A DNA stretch of 62,124 nucleotides, from positions 1 through 62,124 of the forward strand of contig CAZRED010000003.1 in the NCBI GenBank assembly GCA_964599405.1, in the 5' to 3' direction. Below are positions 48,889-56,879 of this stretch, one piece after another. The DNA comes from an uncultured Candidatus Saccharibacteria bacterium (lineage in GTDB: Bacteria; Patescibacteriota; UBA1384; 2-12-FULL-50-11). Below the pieces are notes generated by a model. That model did not search any database and had not been told where the DNA came from. It saw nothing but the letters and a program-made list of their open reading frames with translations. Position numbers and translations under genes: made by a program. Each line of letters opens with the position of its first letter. The first letter of the stretch is position 1.

Positions 48889-49509
48889 ATGAATAAAATT
48901 ATTGTTTCATTGTTTGGCGCCCTCTTGGCTGCTGGTTTTGCCGGTTCAGTCTATGCTGCGTCAACAAGCTCAAGCTCTACAAGCTCAACCACCTCTGCCG
49001 TTGTTATCAGCGGCTCTGGCGGTGCGGCTGCTTCGAGCGGTGCTGCAGGTGGAGCTTCGGCTTCAGCTGGTAACGGCGCTGCTTCTGCAGCTGCTTCGAG
49101 CTCGTCTTCGAGCGCAGCTGTTGCCGTCAGCGGTAACGGCGGCTCGGCTGGTGCCGGTTCATCCGGTTCTGGTTCGAGTTCGTCTGGTTCTGGTGCTTCT
49201 GGCTCGTCCGCGAGCTCTAGCTCTAGTTCCGCCGCTGTTGCTACCGTTTCAAACGGTGGTAAAACGGTAACGAAAACTGCTTCTTGCCCGAACGCTTCGG
49301 CCGCTGCTTCTGCAGCTGCTGCAGCTGCTTCGAGCGCAAGTTCCAGCGCTGCTGCTGCCGCTAAGGCCAGCTGCGTTGCGGCTACCAAAACCACGGCTCT
49401 GCCGAAGGCTGGTGCCGAAGTTGCTTTACTGCCGGGCGCGTTAACGGCCTTTTCGGTCGCTTTTCGCCGCTATCTATCGGCTCGTAAAGAAGCTGCTTTG
49501 TTTGCCTAA
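48889..49509 (+). CDS. Ser/Ala/Gly-rich surface protein with LPxTG-like C-terminal signal
   Basis: AAGGAG RBS, signal peptide, poly-S/A tracts, LPKAG + hydrophobic + RRYLSARK. Confidence 0.78.
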   Translation: MNKIIVSLFGALLAAGFAGSVYAASTSSSSTSSTTSAVVISGSGGAAASSGAAGGASASAGNGAASAAASSSSSSAAVAVSGNGGSAGAGSSGSGSSSSGSGASGSSASSSSSSAAVATVSNGGKTVTKTASCPNASAAASAAAAAASSASSSAAAAAKASCVAATKTTALPKAGAEVALLPGALTAFSVAFRRYLSARKEAALFA

Positions 49510-49526
49510 ACAGCAACCAAACAAAT

Positions 49527-49556
49527 TAGACCCCGTGCAAACGGGGTCTTTTTTGT
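49527..49556 (+). terminator. intrinsic terminator
   Basis: agaccccgt-gcaa-acggggtct followed by T-tract. Confidence 0.85.
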
Positions 49557-49590
49557 TACCTAAAAATTCTATACTGCGGAAACAAAATTA

Positions 49591-49700
49591 CTTTCGCAGA
49601 CGCTTCCTCGCCCCAGCGCGCTCGTCGCTTAGCGTCCTCGGCAATTTTTTCGCAGACGAAAACCATGCAAATTGCCTGCGGATACTGCTCAAGCAACTTT
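49591..49700. repeat. second (inverted) copy of the cysS-upstream element
   Basis: aligns to reverse complement of 43081-43190 in three blocks (17/19, 14/15, 13/14). Confidence 0.78.
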
Positions 49701-49734
49701 GTTTCCTTGTCTTGACTGGTTTAAGATAGGAAAG

Positions 49735-50718
49735 ATGACAATTCGTAAAGCCGAGCTGGCGAAAATCCTCGATATTGAAGGCAAGCAGACCCGGTTCGAC
49801 GCTATTCAGGAGCAGATGAAAAACCCCGACTTTTGGCGTGATCACGAAATGGCCGGTAAAGCATCACAAGAGCTAAAGCACTTGGAAGACTTTTTACTGA
49901 AGTTTGAAGTGGCTGAATCGGAGCACGAGCTAGAGGAGCTAGAGAAAGAAGCGATTTTTACCGGCAAGCACGATAACGACAACGCTTTTATGTCCATCCA
50001 CGCTGGCTCTGGCGGCACTGAAGCCCAGGACTGGGCGGAGATGCTGCTGCGAATGTACTCGCGCTACGGTGAACAGAGCGACTTTAAAACCGAACTACTA
50101 GAAAAAACCATGGGCGAAGAGGCCGGCATCAAATCGGCCACGCTATACTTCAAGGGCTTCCGGGCCTTTGGCAAGCTGAAAGGGGAGAACGGTGTCCACC
50201 GGTTAGTGCGCATCAGCCCATTTGACGCTAGCAAATCCCGCCACACCTCGTTCGCATTGGTGGAAGTGGTACCGGAAGCGGTCGACAGCGCCGAAATTCA
50301 AATTAAACCCGATGAAATACGTATCGATGTTTACCGGGCCGGCGGACACGGTGGCCAAGGCGTTAACACCACCGACTCGGCGGTACGGATTACCCACATT
50401 GCCACCAAAATAGTGGTGACTTGCCAAAACGAGCGCTCCCAGCTTCAAAACAAACAGCAAGCGATGAAAATCCTCCAGGGCAAGCTGCAACTATTGGACG
50501 ATGAAAAGCGCCGGGCCGAAGAGCAAAGCTTGAAAGGGGAGCCAGTGTTGGCGTCTTGGGGTAACCAAATTCGCTCCTATGTATTACAGCCCTACCAGCT
50601 GGTAAAAGATCTGCGCAGCGGCTTTGAGACCAGCGCTACTGACGATGTTTTAGACGGCGAAATTGAGTCGTTTTTAGAGTCCTACGCTAAGTGGCAAGCC
50701 GTCCAAAAGCATAAGTAA
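49735..50718 (+). CDS. prfB: peptide chain release factor 2
   Basis: GSGGTEAQDW, RISPF, GGQGVNTTDSAVR; start moved to ATG 49735; no internal frameshift. Confidence 0.96.
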   Translation: MTIRKAELAKILDIEGKQTRFDAIQEQMKNPDFWRDHEMAGKASQELKHLEDFLLKFEVAESEHELEELEKEAIFTGKHDNDNAFMSIHAGSGGTEAQDWAEMLLRMYSRYGEQSDFKTELLEKTMGEEAGIKSATLYFKGFRAFGKLKGENGVHRLVRISPFDASKSRHTSFALVEVVPEAVDSAEIQIKPDEIRIDVYRAGGHGGQGVNTTDSAVRITHIATKIVVTCQNERSQLQNKQQAMKILQGKLQLLDDEKRRAEEQSLKGEPVLASWGNQIRSYVLQPYQLVKDLRSGFETSATDDVLDGEIESFLESYAKWQAVQKHK

Positions 50719-50784
50719 CCCTTTCAGTTAAACCCGTTTAGGAGTAGAATAAAGACAACAAGCTAGCCTTCGAAAGGAATCAAT

Positions 50785-51102
50785 ATGGCAATCCCAAATT
50801 TTGGTCAGATGAAAGAGCTCTACAATCTGCAGAAAAAAGCCAAGCAGATGCAGAAAGAGCTAAAAGCCTTAGAGATTGAAGCCGCCTCCAACGACGGCTC
50901 GGTTAACGTGGTCGTTAGCGGCGAAATGAAGCTAGTATCTCTGTCGATTGCCGAAGAGGCGTTATCACCAGAGAACAAGACCCGCTTGGAAATGGCCATT
51001 AAAGACACAATTGGCCAAGCCATGGGCCGCGCTCAAACCGAATCCGCCAGCCGCATGCAGCCGCTACTCAAAGACATGAACCTGCCAGGACTCGGCGGTT
51101 AA
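50785..51102 (+). CDS. ybaB: YbaB/EbfC nucleoid-associated protein
   Basis: QKKAKQMQKEL, DGSVNVVVSGEMKLVSLSI. Confidence 0.88.
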   Translation: MAIPNFGQMKELYNLQKKAKQMQKELKALEIEAASNDGSVNVVVSGEMKLVSLSIAEEALSPENKTRLEMAIKDTIGQAMGRAQTESASRMQPLLKDMNLPGLGG

Positions 51103-51686
51103 TGGTTATTTTAGCCGGGCTTGGTAACCCGGAAGAAGAGTATCGGGAAACCCGCCACAACCTGGGTTACAAAATCGTGATTGAGCTAGCCAAAAAGCTT
51201 GGTCAGGATTTTTTAACCGAAGCCAATACCTACCGCGCTAACCAATACCTGAAAACCACTGTCGGGGAGACGGAAACGGTGTTAACGCTGCCGCTCGGCT
51301 ACATGAACAACTCCGGACAAGCGCTCCGCCAAATTATGGATTTCTACGGCGATAACATTACCAAAGACCTTTGGGTGGTTCACGACGATACCGACGTTCC
51401 GTTCGGCGAAGTTCGCATCAAGATGGCTGGATCTTCAGCGGGGCATAACGGTATTAAATCGATCGACGAAGCCATCGGCAATAAGTTCTGGCGCATTCGT
51501 GTCGGCGTTGGTCACCCAAAAAGAGACGGGCAAGATTTAGCCGACTATGTACTTGCAGCCTTCAACAAGGCCGAAAAAGAGCACCTAGCTACCATCATTG
51601 ACCAGACGGCCGCATATCTGTTAGAATCATTAAACAAAGGGAAGTTAGAGCCCGTTACATTCAATGCCAAAGAAACTAAAAAATAG
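51102..51686 (+). CDS. pth: peptidyl-tRNA hydrolase
   Basis: AGLGNP..Y.ETRHNLG, YMNNSG, VHDD, SAGHNGIKSI, RIRVGVG. Confidence 0.96.
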   Translation: MVILAGLGNPEEEYRETRHNLGYKIVIELAKKLGQDFLTEANTYRANQYLKTTVGETETVLTLPLGYMNNSGQALRQIMDFYGDNITKDLWVVHDDTDVPFGEVRIKMAGSSAGHNGIKSIDEAIGNKFWRIRVGVGHPKRDGQDLADYVLAAFNKAEKEHLATIIDQTAAYLLESLNKGKLEPVTFNAKETKK

Positions 51687-52578
51687 TCCAGTTGAAACCG
51701 AAAAAGCTGCCGAACTCGATGCAGAAGTATTGGCCGTAGAGCCCGACGAGGCTTCTGCTGCTGTCCAAAATCTCGACGAAGAAGCCGAGAAAGCCTTAGT
51801 CGTTGAACAAGCGGCCGATGCCGATGCGGTTGTTCCGGCCGAGGTAGCAGCGATACATGAAGATAACGAATCCGCCGAAGCCTTAAACGCAGACGCACCA
51901 AAGGGCGTTAAGAAGGTAGAAAAATCCGCTAAGGTTGCTAAGAAAGCTGAACCAAAAAAGCCCAGCCGCTCACCCAAGCACATTGCCGCCAGCGCCCACG
52001 TTGAACCAGGCAAGCTCTACGGTATTGAAGAAGCGATCGAACTAGTGAAGAAAACCTCCTACTCCAAATTCGACGGTTCGGTGGAACTGCATTTGAAGCT
52101 ACTGAAGAAAAAAGCCAAAGCCGCCAACGAATCGTCCAAAGGTATTTTCCACTTACCGCACGGCACCGGCAAAACCAAGAACATCATTGTTTTAGACGAA
52201 GCGAAAATCGACGAAATCGCCAAAACCAAGAAGATTGACTTCGATATTGCCATCGCTACACCGGAATTGATGCCAAAGGTGGGCAAAATTGCCAAGATTT
52301 TAGGGCCACGTGGCCTAATGCCCGATCCAAAATCCGGCACCGTCACTGCCGACCCAAAAAAAGCGATAGAGGAAATTAACTCCGGCAAAATCGAATACCG
52401 CATTGATGCGGCCAACAACATTCACCAAATCGTCGGCAAAGTTTCCTGGGATACCGCCAAGTTGGCCGAAAACCTTCACGCCATCTTCGGCGGTTTTCAG
52501 AAATCCCGTATTGATGTGGCTTACCTGACGGCCACCATTGCTCCGTCCATCACTCTTGACTTGTCGGAATTGAAGTAA
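51664..52578 (+). CDS. rplA: 50S ribosomal protein uL1 with acidic N-terminal extension
   Basis: SKFDGSVELH, LPHGTGK, IATPELM, LGPRGLMPDPKSGTV. Confidence 0.92.
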   Translation: MPKKLKNSPVETEKAAELDAEVLAVEPDEASAAVQNLDEEAEKALVVEQAADADAVVPAEVAAIHEDNESAEALNADAPKGVKKVEKSAKVAKKAEPKKPSRSPKHIAASAHVEPGKLYGIEEAIELVKKTSYSKFDGSVELHLKLLKKKAKAANESSKGIFHLPHGTGKTKNIIVLDEAKIDEIAKTKKIDFDIAIATPELMPKVGKIAKILGPRGLMPDPKSGTVTADPKKAIEEINSGKIEYRIDAANNIHQIVGKVSWDTAKLAENLHAIFGGFQKSRIDVAYLTATIAPSITLDLSELK

Positions 52579-52733
52579 TATTGTTTATTCGTTCACTGGA
52601 GCATCCGGTGGGCGTCGAACAGTGGTTGAGCATAGGCCCGCGCATCGCGCGGGCCCTTTAATTACCCAAAGAAAAAGCCGCGCTGATGCGCGGCGATTGT
52701 TGGTCAAATGTCGGAAAAATTATCCAACACGGC

Positions 52734-53057
52734 CTAAGGTCTGGAGTTAACAGTTACATCTCCACCTTTCAGTTCGGCGGTGTGGCTGTGTTCGTAGTCT
52801 CCTGGGTGAAACTTGCTTCCAATAAGCGTCTCCATACGACCCCTTGCCATTTGAAAAGACGGATTGTCGTAGTACGGGCCAAGGACAATGTACGCCTTCA
52901 CCCGGCCATCTTTAACTTTGGACTCCACTTCGAGAATCTCCTTGTCGAACTTTCTCCCGAGTTTTTCGCGTAGTTGGGCGAGGAACCGGCGTTGTTGTCT
53001 TGCGGTAGTGACAATTGAGTCGAGACTGTTTATTTCATCTAATAGGTGCGATGGCAT
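52734..53057 (-). CDS. hypothetical protein inserted between rplA and rplJ
   Basis: AGGAGG RBS; own hairpin terminator near 52670-52697. Confidence 0.65.
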   Translation of the reverse strand: MPSHLLDEINSLDSIVTTARQQRRFLAQLREKLGRKFDKEILEVESKVKDGRVKAYIVLGPYYDNPSFQMARGRMETLIGSKFHPGDYEHSHTAELKGGDVTVNSRP

Positions 53058-53167
53058 GAAGGCCTCCTACTTGGCAATTCGCTACTTGGAATTATCACAG
53101 CATTTGTTGATTTGTCTATGGTCATTGACCATCTTCACTCTTTTTGGCATAATTACTTCGTTCCAAA

Positions 53168-53210
53168 GAAAGCCAGTGGTGCTTGACGCCTTAATTCCTG
53201 GCCGAGGTCA
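53168..53210 (+). promoter_or_regulatory. L10 leader (rplJ autoregulatory RNA)
   Basis: aaagccagtgg...ccttaattcctggccgaggt resembles the recalled L10-leader core; directly upstream of rplJ. Confidence 0.65.
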
Positions 53211-53262
53211 AAGCTTTTACGCGGCGCCTTCTTTGGGGCGTCAATTTAATTAGAGGATTTAC

Positions 53263-53793
53263 ATGCCACTACTTAGAGCCCAAAAAGAAAGTTTAGTTGA
53301 AACCTTAGTGACCGATTTGAAAGAATCGCGCATCGCGCTGGTCGTTGCCTACACCCACTTGAATGCCAAAGCCAACCTTCAGTTGCGCGACAAAGCCTTT
53401 GAGCAAAGCGGCAAGCTGCGCATGCTCTCCAACAATCTGTTGAAGCTGATTTTAAAGAACCTTGGCCAAGACAAAGAGTTAGAGATCCCCGAGCGTCAGC
53501 TCGCCCTGGCCTACGGCTTCCAAGATGAAGTTACCGCTGCCAAACTGTTGGCTGACTTTGCCAAAGAAACCGAAGCGCTGGAAGTACTGGGCGGTTGGAT
53601 TGACGGTAAATTCTTCACTGCTGCTGATGTCAAAACCCTCGCTTCGCTGCCAAACAAAGAAACCCTGCAAGCCCAAGTTGTCGGCCGTTTGGCTGGCTTA
53701 ATCCAGGGTCTGGTTTACAACTTAAACTTCCCGCTGCAGCAATTTGCTTTTGTGGTGAAGGCAGTTGAGCAGAGTAAGGGAGAAAACAGTTAA
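53263..53793 (+). CDS. rplJ: 50S ribosomal protein uL10
   Basis: K..LVETL, LRDK, NNLLKL, LASLPNKETL. Confidence 0.93.
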   Translation: MPLLRAQKESLVETLVTDLKESRIALVVAYTHLNAKANLQLRDKAFEQSGKLRMLSNNLLKLILKNLGQDKELEIPERQLALAYGFQDEVTAAKLLADFAKETEALEVLGGWIDGKFFTAADVKTLASLPNKETLQAQVVGRLAGLIQGLVYNLNFPLQQFAFVVKAVEQSKGENS

Positions 53794-53798
53794 GTACA

Positions 53799-53822
53799 GG
53801 ATATGTGTTTAAACACATATCC
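53799..53822. repeat. perfect 24-bp palindrome (GTTTAAAC family copy 1)
   Basis: ggatatgtgtttaaacacatatcc. Confidence 0.9.
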
Positions 53823-53886
53823 GTCCAAAAAGAATATAAATTAGAAATAAGATATATAAGCATAATAAAGAAATAAAGGAGAAAAA

Positions 53887-54276
53887 ATGAGTGAAAAAGT
53901 AGACAAAATAATTGAACAGGTAGAGAAGTTGTCCGTGATGGAGTTGTCCGAGCTGGTTAAAGGCTTGGAAGAGAAATTTGGCGTATCGGCTATGCCGATG
54001 ATGGCCGCAGGTGCTGCTCCGGCAGCTGGTGGTGCTGCCGCTGGTGCGGAAGCCGCTGAAGAGAAGGCCGAGTACACCGTGGTCCTAGCCGCTTCCGGCG
54101 ACCAAAAGATTGCTGTGATTAAGGCCATCCGCGAAATTAAACCAGATCTAGGCTTGAAAGAAGCCAAAGACTTGGTTGACGCTGCTCCCAAAGAGCTCGG
54201 CACCATGAAGAAAGAAGACGCTGAAACCGCCAAAACCAAACTCGAAGAAGCCGGCGCTAAGGTTGAATTGAAGTAA
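53887..54276 (+). CDS. rplL: 50S ribosomal protein bL12
   Basis: [42 protein letters not shown]. Confidence 0.98.
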   Translation: MSEKVDKIIEQVEKLSVMELSELVKGLEEKFGVSAMPMMAAGAAPAAGGAAAGAEAAEEKAEYTVVLAASGDQKIAVIKAIREIKPDLGLKEAKDLVDAAPKELGTMKKEDAETAKTKLEEAGAKVELK

Positions 54277-54291
54277 ACTTTTCCTTACCGG

Positions 54292-54330
54292 AAAACAAAA
54301 AACCCTGCCTTTGGTGGGGTTTTTTGTTTT
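54292..54330. terminator. bidirectional intrinsic terminator
   Basis: aaaacaaaaaaccc...ggggttttttgtttt. Confidence 0.85.
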
Positions 54331-54372
54331 GTATTTGACCCATTAGTATCTTAAGGGTATTTTCTGCATTGT

Positions 54373-54951
54373 ATGAGTAGCGCATCATTTCGTGAGAATG
54401 TTAATATTATCATTGGTTTTTTAGTTCTAGCATTTTCGGTATACGGTTACTCTGCAACCCAGCACGACAAGTTTGTTAATGATGAAATGCACAGAGAGGA
54501 GACTGCACTAAGGAACCAATTAAGCGGCTACTGGGTGTATAAACTTACTACGAAAACGTCGGATTTGGGAAGGTATATAAATATTGAATTGGGATTCCTT
54601 GTGACAATGGGAGTAGATGAAAATCTTAGCGTGGGTGGGGTGGCATATAAATGGAGAGAAAAGAACTCTGACGGAGAATTTATTTACACAAGGAGTAACA
54701 GGGCTAGAGCAGATATTACTGGTAGCATATTTGAAAATCAACGAATAGAGCTTAGATGGGTTATGGTCGACAAGAGATATGGTGAAAGTATAGTTATTGT
54801 TAACGGACAAGTTGGGGAAGGATATATTATTGGAACATTTGCTAGCGACGTTGCATTCCAGAAAGGGGATTTTTGCGCAAAGATTATTGGTGTGGGTATT
54901 TCTGAGGATTTAACTTATAGATTTTTGGATTGCTCAATACTACTCCCATGA
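54373..54951 (+). CDS. membrane-anchored beta-rich hypothetical protein
   Basis: one N-terminal TM then LSGYW and alternating beta strands; AT-rich DNA. Confidence 0.6.
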   Translation: MSSASFRENVNIIIGFLVLAFSVYGYSATQHDKFVNDEMHREETALRNQLSGYWVYKLTTKTSDLGRYINIELGFLVTMGVDENLSVGGVAYKWREKNSDGEFIYTRSNRARADITGSIFENQRIELRWVMVDKRYGESIVIVNGQVGEGYIIGTFASDVAFQKGDFCAKIIGVGISEDLTYRFLDCSILLP

Positions 54952-55412
54952 CCGATATACTTAAGATCTTTATCACCAGCGGCCTCACGATACTTGGCGG
55001 TTTACTTACTTACACTGCAGGGCAATCGTTCGTAAAATTTTTTATTGAGCCCTACTCTAAATATAGAGAATTAATTGGGGAAATTGATCACGGGTTAATT
55101 GTTTACGCCAACATTATCTTTAATGAATGTTTCATTGAATCCCCAGAACAGCTTAGGAGTGAGGCTATTTCCGTAAGAAGTAAAATCCGCGATTGGTCTG
55201 GTAGATTTTCTTCACTATATAACCAGCTGACACTAAGAGAGCGTCTGGTTATTGCTAAGTTAGTGCCCGATAAAAATGAGGCAAAAATTGTTGGACAGTC
55301 GCTGATTCGTTTATCGAACCTAGCTGGCAACGTGAACGGGGTGGGAAGTAATTTAGAAGTGATTATTTCTGACGAAGAAAAAGTAAGATTACTTCTGGGT
55401 ATACCAAAATAG
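54948..55412 (+). CDS. hypothetical membrane protein
   Basis: ATGA overlap with previous stop; N-terminal TM; AT-rich DNA. Confidence 0.65.
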   Translation: MTDILKIFITSGLTILGGLLTYTAGQSFVKFFIEPYSKYRELIGEIDHGLIVYANIIFNECFIESPEQLRSEAISVRSKIRDWSGRFSSLYNQLTLRERLVIAKLVPDKNEAKIVGQSLIRLSNLAGNVNGVGSNLEVIISDEEKVRLLLGIPK

Positions 55413-55489
55413 TTATTACTCTCTTATGAGACTTATTGTTGAAAACTGGGAAAAGTTTTACAAAACCGGCTCGAATTTTTGACGGGAGT

Positions 55490-55667
55490 AAAGAAAAGGC
55501 CCCGGCCGTGAAGACCGGGGCTTGTGTCTGACCCCATGATGATCCACTTCGCATTGGAGAGCGTCAGTAACGAAGCACCGTGCATTAACCTTAACCACCA
55601 GGTATTGGCACGGCCGGATCTAAAGACCCACTGACGTCAAGCCGGAGTCCTGACGGCTTTACGAAGC
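55490..55667 (-). ncRNA. candidate structured ncRNA with own promoter and terminator
   Basis: TTGACA (55702-55697)-17 bp-GAAAAT; three nested stems; GC hairpin + U-tract at 55523-55490; no convincing ORF. Confidence 0.5.
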
Positions 55668-55720
55668 AAATGTATTTTCTCTCCCCACAAACAACTTGTC
55701 AATAATAACCTCTTTGAACG

Positions 55721-55748
55721 GAAAGTATGTGTTTAAACACATACTTTC
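55721..55748. repeat. perfect 28-bp palindrome (GTTTAAAC family copy 2)
   Basis: gaaagtatgtgtttaaacacatactttc. Confidence 0.9.
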
Positions 55749-55800
55749 AGGTAAAGAAAAACGACTCGTCCATGGAGGACGAATTGTTGTGGTTCGTGGG

Positions 55801-56136
55801 TCATTCGGGCAGATGGTACTTGTTCGGGGCATTCGGATCGAGGAAAAGACGCTTACCAAGCTCTGTTGGTCGGTATTCCCAGCGTGTGTATTGCGCCTCG
55901 TCCGATCCTTTTTCTTCAAAAGACAACAGTCCGTGTTCCTCTGCAAATGTTGCGGCTTTGATCTGAAGCTCTTTCCTACGGTCATCGATGTAGATGTAAT
56001 CTGCCTTGCCGTCACGGAGAGCTTTGACAAAAGAGACTAAATAGTCGTGCTCCTTAGGGAACAGGGTCCGACATTGTTCCCAGAAGTTAGGGGTCTGAAT
56101 GGCCGGGAATCCGGTAGGTGCTAATTCTTTAGACAT
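55801..56136 (-). CDS. hypothetical protein
   Basis: TTGATA-17-TAAAAT promoter, GGAGG RBS, downstream terminator. Confidence 0.75.
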   Translation of the reverse strand: MSKELAPTGFPAIQTPNFWEQCRTLFPKEHDYLVSFVKALRDGKADYIYIDDRRKELQIKAATFAEEHGLLSFEEKGSDEAQYTRWEYRPTELGKRLFLDPNAPNKYHLPE

Positions 56137-56210
56137 ACAAAGTTACGCCTCCAAAGGGTCTGAGCCGATTTTATACAAACTTATGACTTATATCAATCGG
56201 TATTGAACGC

Positions 56211-56236
56211 AGAGTATGTGTTTAAACACATACTCT
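56211..56236. repeat. perfect 26-bp palindrome (GTTTAAAC family copy 3)
   Basis: agagtatgtgtttaaacacatactct. Confidence 0.9.
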
Positions 56237-56286
56237 CAGAAAAGAAACATGCCCGTCGAGGACGGGCATGTAAATGATAGCTGGGT

Positions 56287-56721
56287 TCAGGCAGGGGCTT
56301 TTGTGGCTTCGAGCCGTTGTTGGTAACTGTTGAAGAACTGTTTACCCCAACTGGTTACCTCTTCAACGGTTAGGCCAAGTTCAGTCGTTACTTCAATGGC
56401 CCAAACCACCGGAACGTAGATCACCAGCGTACTGCTAGCGTTGGTGCTGATGCGACCAGGCATTAAGAGCATGGCGTCGTACGTTGTTTTTTGCCAGGCG
56501 ATGGAGTAGGCACCGAGCGTTTCTGGGTCGTACAGTCTGGCCTGCTCTTTGATCCAGTCCGGAAATGCTCCGGCTACGCAGGCATCGTGAAGGGCGCGGT
56601 CGGGTATGGATTGGGCGTCGTATATTTTCACTGGTTCGCTCTTCTCCCACCCCAACACTAAAGCGGCGATTATCAGTCGTGACAGTTGGTACTGCCGATC
56701 GTCGAAACTAAGTTCTCGCAT
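56287..56721 (-). CDS. hypothetical protein
   Basis: TTTACA-16-TATAGT promoter, GAGG RBS, terminator catgcccgtc-gag-gacgggcatg. Confidence 0.75.
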   Translation of the reverse strand: MRELSFDDRQYQLSRLIIAALVLGWEKSEPVKIYDAQSIPDRALHDACVAGAFPDWIKEQARLYDPETLGAYSIAWQKTTYDAMLLMPGRISTNASSTLVIYVPVVWAIEVTTELGLTVEEVTSWGKQFFNSYQQRLEATKAPA

Positions 56722-56794
56722 TGTTTACCTCACTGAAAGGTTCGTGCCCAAACTATACCAGTGAAACGTAAATTGTAAACCAATTAGGGCGTCG

Positions 56795-56812
56795 TATGGG
56801 TTTAAACCCATA
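56795..56812. repeat. perfect 18-bp palindrome (GTTTAAAC family copy 4)
   Basis: tatgggtttaaacccata. Confidence 0.85.
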
Positions 56813-56879
56813 TTTTTAGATAAAGAAAAACGGCCCACGCGGGTGAGCCGTTCAAAGGGAATGGTGTCCACCGTGCCGC

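Noticed and set aside
49672-49800. prfB programmed +1 frameshift
   Set aside because: Frame is continuous from ATG 49735; the CTTGAC at 49711 is in upstream non-coding repeat-adjacent DNA
53799-56812. XerCD dif/pdif or CRP sites
   Set aside because: No asymmetric ttatgttaaat arm or 6-bp spacer; TGTG..CACA spacing is 2 bp shorter than CRP
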